64,000 nt of DNA, from the NCBI RefSeq assembly GCF_001194135.2, contig NC_068994.1, positions 1,426,839 through 1,490,838 of the forward strand. Reading direction: 5' to 3'. This DNA comes from Octopus bimaculoides (taxonomy: Eukaryota). Shown here piece after piece: positions 62,859 through 64,000 of this stretch. The notes under the pieces are model-generated. The model did no database searches. It was not told the origin of the DNA and saw only the letters and a program-made list of their open reading frames with translations. Within the stretch, counting starts at the first letter, position 1, and each line of letters opens with the position of its first letter. A program made the position numbers and the translations under genes.

Positions 62859-63216
62859 GATATATATATATTGAGGCAGAGAGAGAGAGAGAGAGAGAGT
62901 ATGTGCGTGTGGAGTTCACAATTATGCAGAGAACAGAGAGCTGGACATGAGATATGGACTTCAGATAATGGTTGAGAGATTTGTGTGTTGTAGTGGAATA
63001 GGTTCTGTGCTTTGTGCATTAGTAAATGATGGTGGAGATGGTCCTGGCTGGATTGAAAAACTTTGCAGTTGTAGATGTTGTAGATGTGGTGGTGGTGGGG
63101 AATTATCAGGCAGGTGTCTTTGATAAGTAGGAGTTTAGTAAGGTACGTTTACATCTGTCTGCCAATCTGTCCATCTATCTGTCTGATTCCCTCTCTCTTT
63201 ATATAAATACATACAT

Positions 63217-63280
<64 letters not shown>

Positions 63281-64000
63281 ATCATCTGTTCATATAATTT
63301 TGATATCTATCTATCTATCTGTATGCATACTTACGTACATACATACATACATATATATATCCATTCATCCATACATATATGTATTATGTGTGTGTGTGTG
63401 TGTATGTGTGTTTGTATGTCAGCCTGTTTTCCTCCATAACTCTAGATTAACTTTCACACTTCAGTCCCCACAGTAAGAAATAATTTTATTGCTACAGATT
63501 CCAATCCTGTATTGTTATTTCATAATTACTTTTATCTCAACCATTTCACTTCATGGCTGTGTCACCTGTCTTTGATTAATACACACACACATGTATCCAT
63601 GCACTTCTATACACACATACACATACACATACATACGGACAATCATATATGCATACATACACTACTATACACACATAGATACATACATATAATCATATAT
63701 ACCTACATACACAGCTAGACTCACATAGATACATATATATACATATATAAATATATATCTTTATATACATACTTCTATATGTACATACACACACCTTCCA
63801 TACATGCATACATATATACATATATACTCACTTATACACACCTACATCCGTATATATCTGCCTACATACATGTATATATACATACATACACACCTACACA
63901 CATATATAGACATTTTGCCATTACACATACACACACACACAAATACACATGCCCCCCCCCCCCAGTCGCCTTTCCCCAATCTCTGACAGAGGAGGTCACC

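Overview
This is AT-rich eukaryotic, non-coding, repeat-dominated DNA. The repeat complement (very dense TA/CA/CT/CAT/AAT microsatellites, several tRNA-derived SINE families, RTE-LINE 3' ends) resembles an octopus or other coleoid cephalopod genome; that taxon assignment is an inference. Twelve sized N-gaps (about 3.7 kb in total) are each bordered on at least one side by simple repeats. I find no intact host protein-coding gene, no RNA gene and no CRISPR array; almost all supplied ORFs are microsatellite or N-gap artefacts. The recognisable coding remnants are a dead Tc1 transposase (9326-10232), a dead mariner transposase (33623-34217), RTE ORF2 C-termini (15061-15198 and ~13950-13990) and a probable Penelope GIY-YIG remnant (~58510-58893). 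The most striking structure is a 314-bp insert at 34218-34531: it carries a gap-free 117-bp inverted repeat and is flanked by a 13-bp direct repeat inside the mariner. Between the repeats lie short high-complexity islands with clustered transcription-factor-like motifs, so the window may be a gene desert or giant intron of a developmental or neural regulator. I cannot claim a new biological system from sequence alone.
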